From assembly GCA_965113315.1 (NCBI GenBank), contig OZ220372.1: a stretch of DNA of 64,000 bases; one strand, 5' to 3'. Each line of letters opens with the position of its first letter. Position 1 is the first letter of the stretch. The translations under genes and the position numbers were made by a program. Source of the stretch: Podarcis vaucheri. Its lineage: Eukaryota. Below, piece after piece: positions 63,101-64,000 of the stretch. The notes beneath the pieces were generated by a model, which was given only the letters and a program-made list of their open reading frames with translations, searched no databases and was not told where the DNA came from.

Positions 63101-63568
63101 GACACTATCTTCAGCCATTCAACATGCATGCTTAACAGTAAACTTCCAGCTACACGGGACCTTTGATTTCATACTAAAAGTGATTCCATACATTATGGTA
63201 GTTCAGTGCAGGCCACAAGAAATGCAACCATACACTGGTATTCTGTACAGGAGATGACTAAACCGCTTCCGGCACAGCGGAACACTGTGTCGGAAGCCAG
63301 AGCGCACGGAAACACTGTTTACAGACTACACAATGGAGCCAATCTATTATTGTGCAATTAATGCTGATTAGAGCCTCTTGTGGAGCAGCCATCAAACTCC
63401 AGGTGGCTGCTTTAATATATAAAATAATCCTAACCTCTTTGAAGAGACAGACCTTGCTTGGGTCTCTCTGCACATAATGTGGCATAAATCCTGGAGTCCC
63501 ACTGTTCTACCCAGCTTCAGGTCCACAGTAACATTTAGAAAAAGAACTGTATCCTTATTCCTACTTGT

Positions 63569-63828
63569 TCAGAATCCACTGCACACAGTTTTGATTGGCC
63601 TGCAGAGTTTTTTAAAAATGGTTGCTATCTTGCTGCAGTGGACACAGTAAAAACCAAGCGACATTTCAAAAAACATTTCAAAAAAACTTCTCAAATGCTG
63701 CCTTCGTTGTGCAAGGTCACCAAGACCGTCTCTAGACTTCCTAAAAAGTATTCTGTCACAGGTGGAAAATTGTATCACATCAGCCCAAATGTTTGCTAAC
63801 CTACGATTAATTCTGTAAAGAACATGTT
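63569..63828 (-). CDS. Candidate MICAL3 alternative terminal exon: EHVLYRINRRLANIWADV...HLRSFFEMFFEMSLGFYCVHC...TVCSGF*
   Basis: Acceptor atttctgttttaacag|AA is in phase 1, the phase of this intron, and is followed by about 86 open codons to TGA. ATTAAA at 63411-63416 (minus) lies downstream. Confidence 0.45.
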
Positions 63829-64000
63829 CTGTTAAAACAGAAATTGGTGCTGTTTGAGTACTGGCAGAGTTCATGCCAAATTTGGGGCAAGTGAATTTTG
63901 CATTACCTATCAAGTACATTTTAAACCAGGGTGACAGCTAATAATAATTTAAGGAACTATATTAACTGAGATCAAGTTTAGCACAATTTATAGTTTGTAA

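Overview
Vertebrate genomic DNA, almost certainly a squamate reptile and probably a lacertid lizard (Sauria SINE, Squam-type SINEs, CR1, L2, hAT and Tc1/mariner MITEs). The whole window lies inside one minus-strand gene, MICAL3 (F-actin methionine monooxygenase). It covers the part after the LIM domain: the PERIELENYR segment, the acidic linker, the 1.85-kb Pro/Ser-rich exon and the first part of the C-terminal bMERB (Rab-binding) domain. The MO, CH and LIM exons would lie beyond 64000 and the last bMERB exons below position 1. I traced nine exons matching the canonical MICAL3 reading frame as I recall it, with GT-AG ends and consistent phases: 48239-48434, 45861-46099, 40911-41048, 34735-34827, 34004-34138, 28362-30213, 26401-26495, 18755-18862 and 17591-17684. 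A tenth exon, 32757-32848, is placed mainly by phase. Five more frame-preserving cassette exons are 42554-42643, 37186-37248, 21913-21963, 12552-12602 and 1930-1995. The most interesting signal is a modular splicing system. It includes cassette exons with clustered RBFOX/QKI motifs and long AG-exclusion zones, and two peptide cassettes inserted into bMERB (one sorting-motif-like, one basic plus Cys-rich). It also includes a candidate alternative last exon, a candidate X-box-driven internal first exon, and inverted transposon pairs bracketing exons. Almost all other ORFs in the track are spurious. All calls are by eye; no alignments or searches were run.
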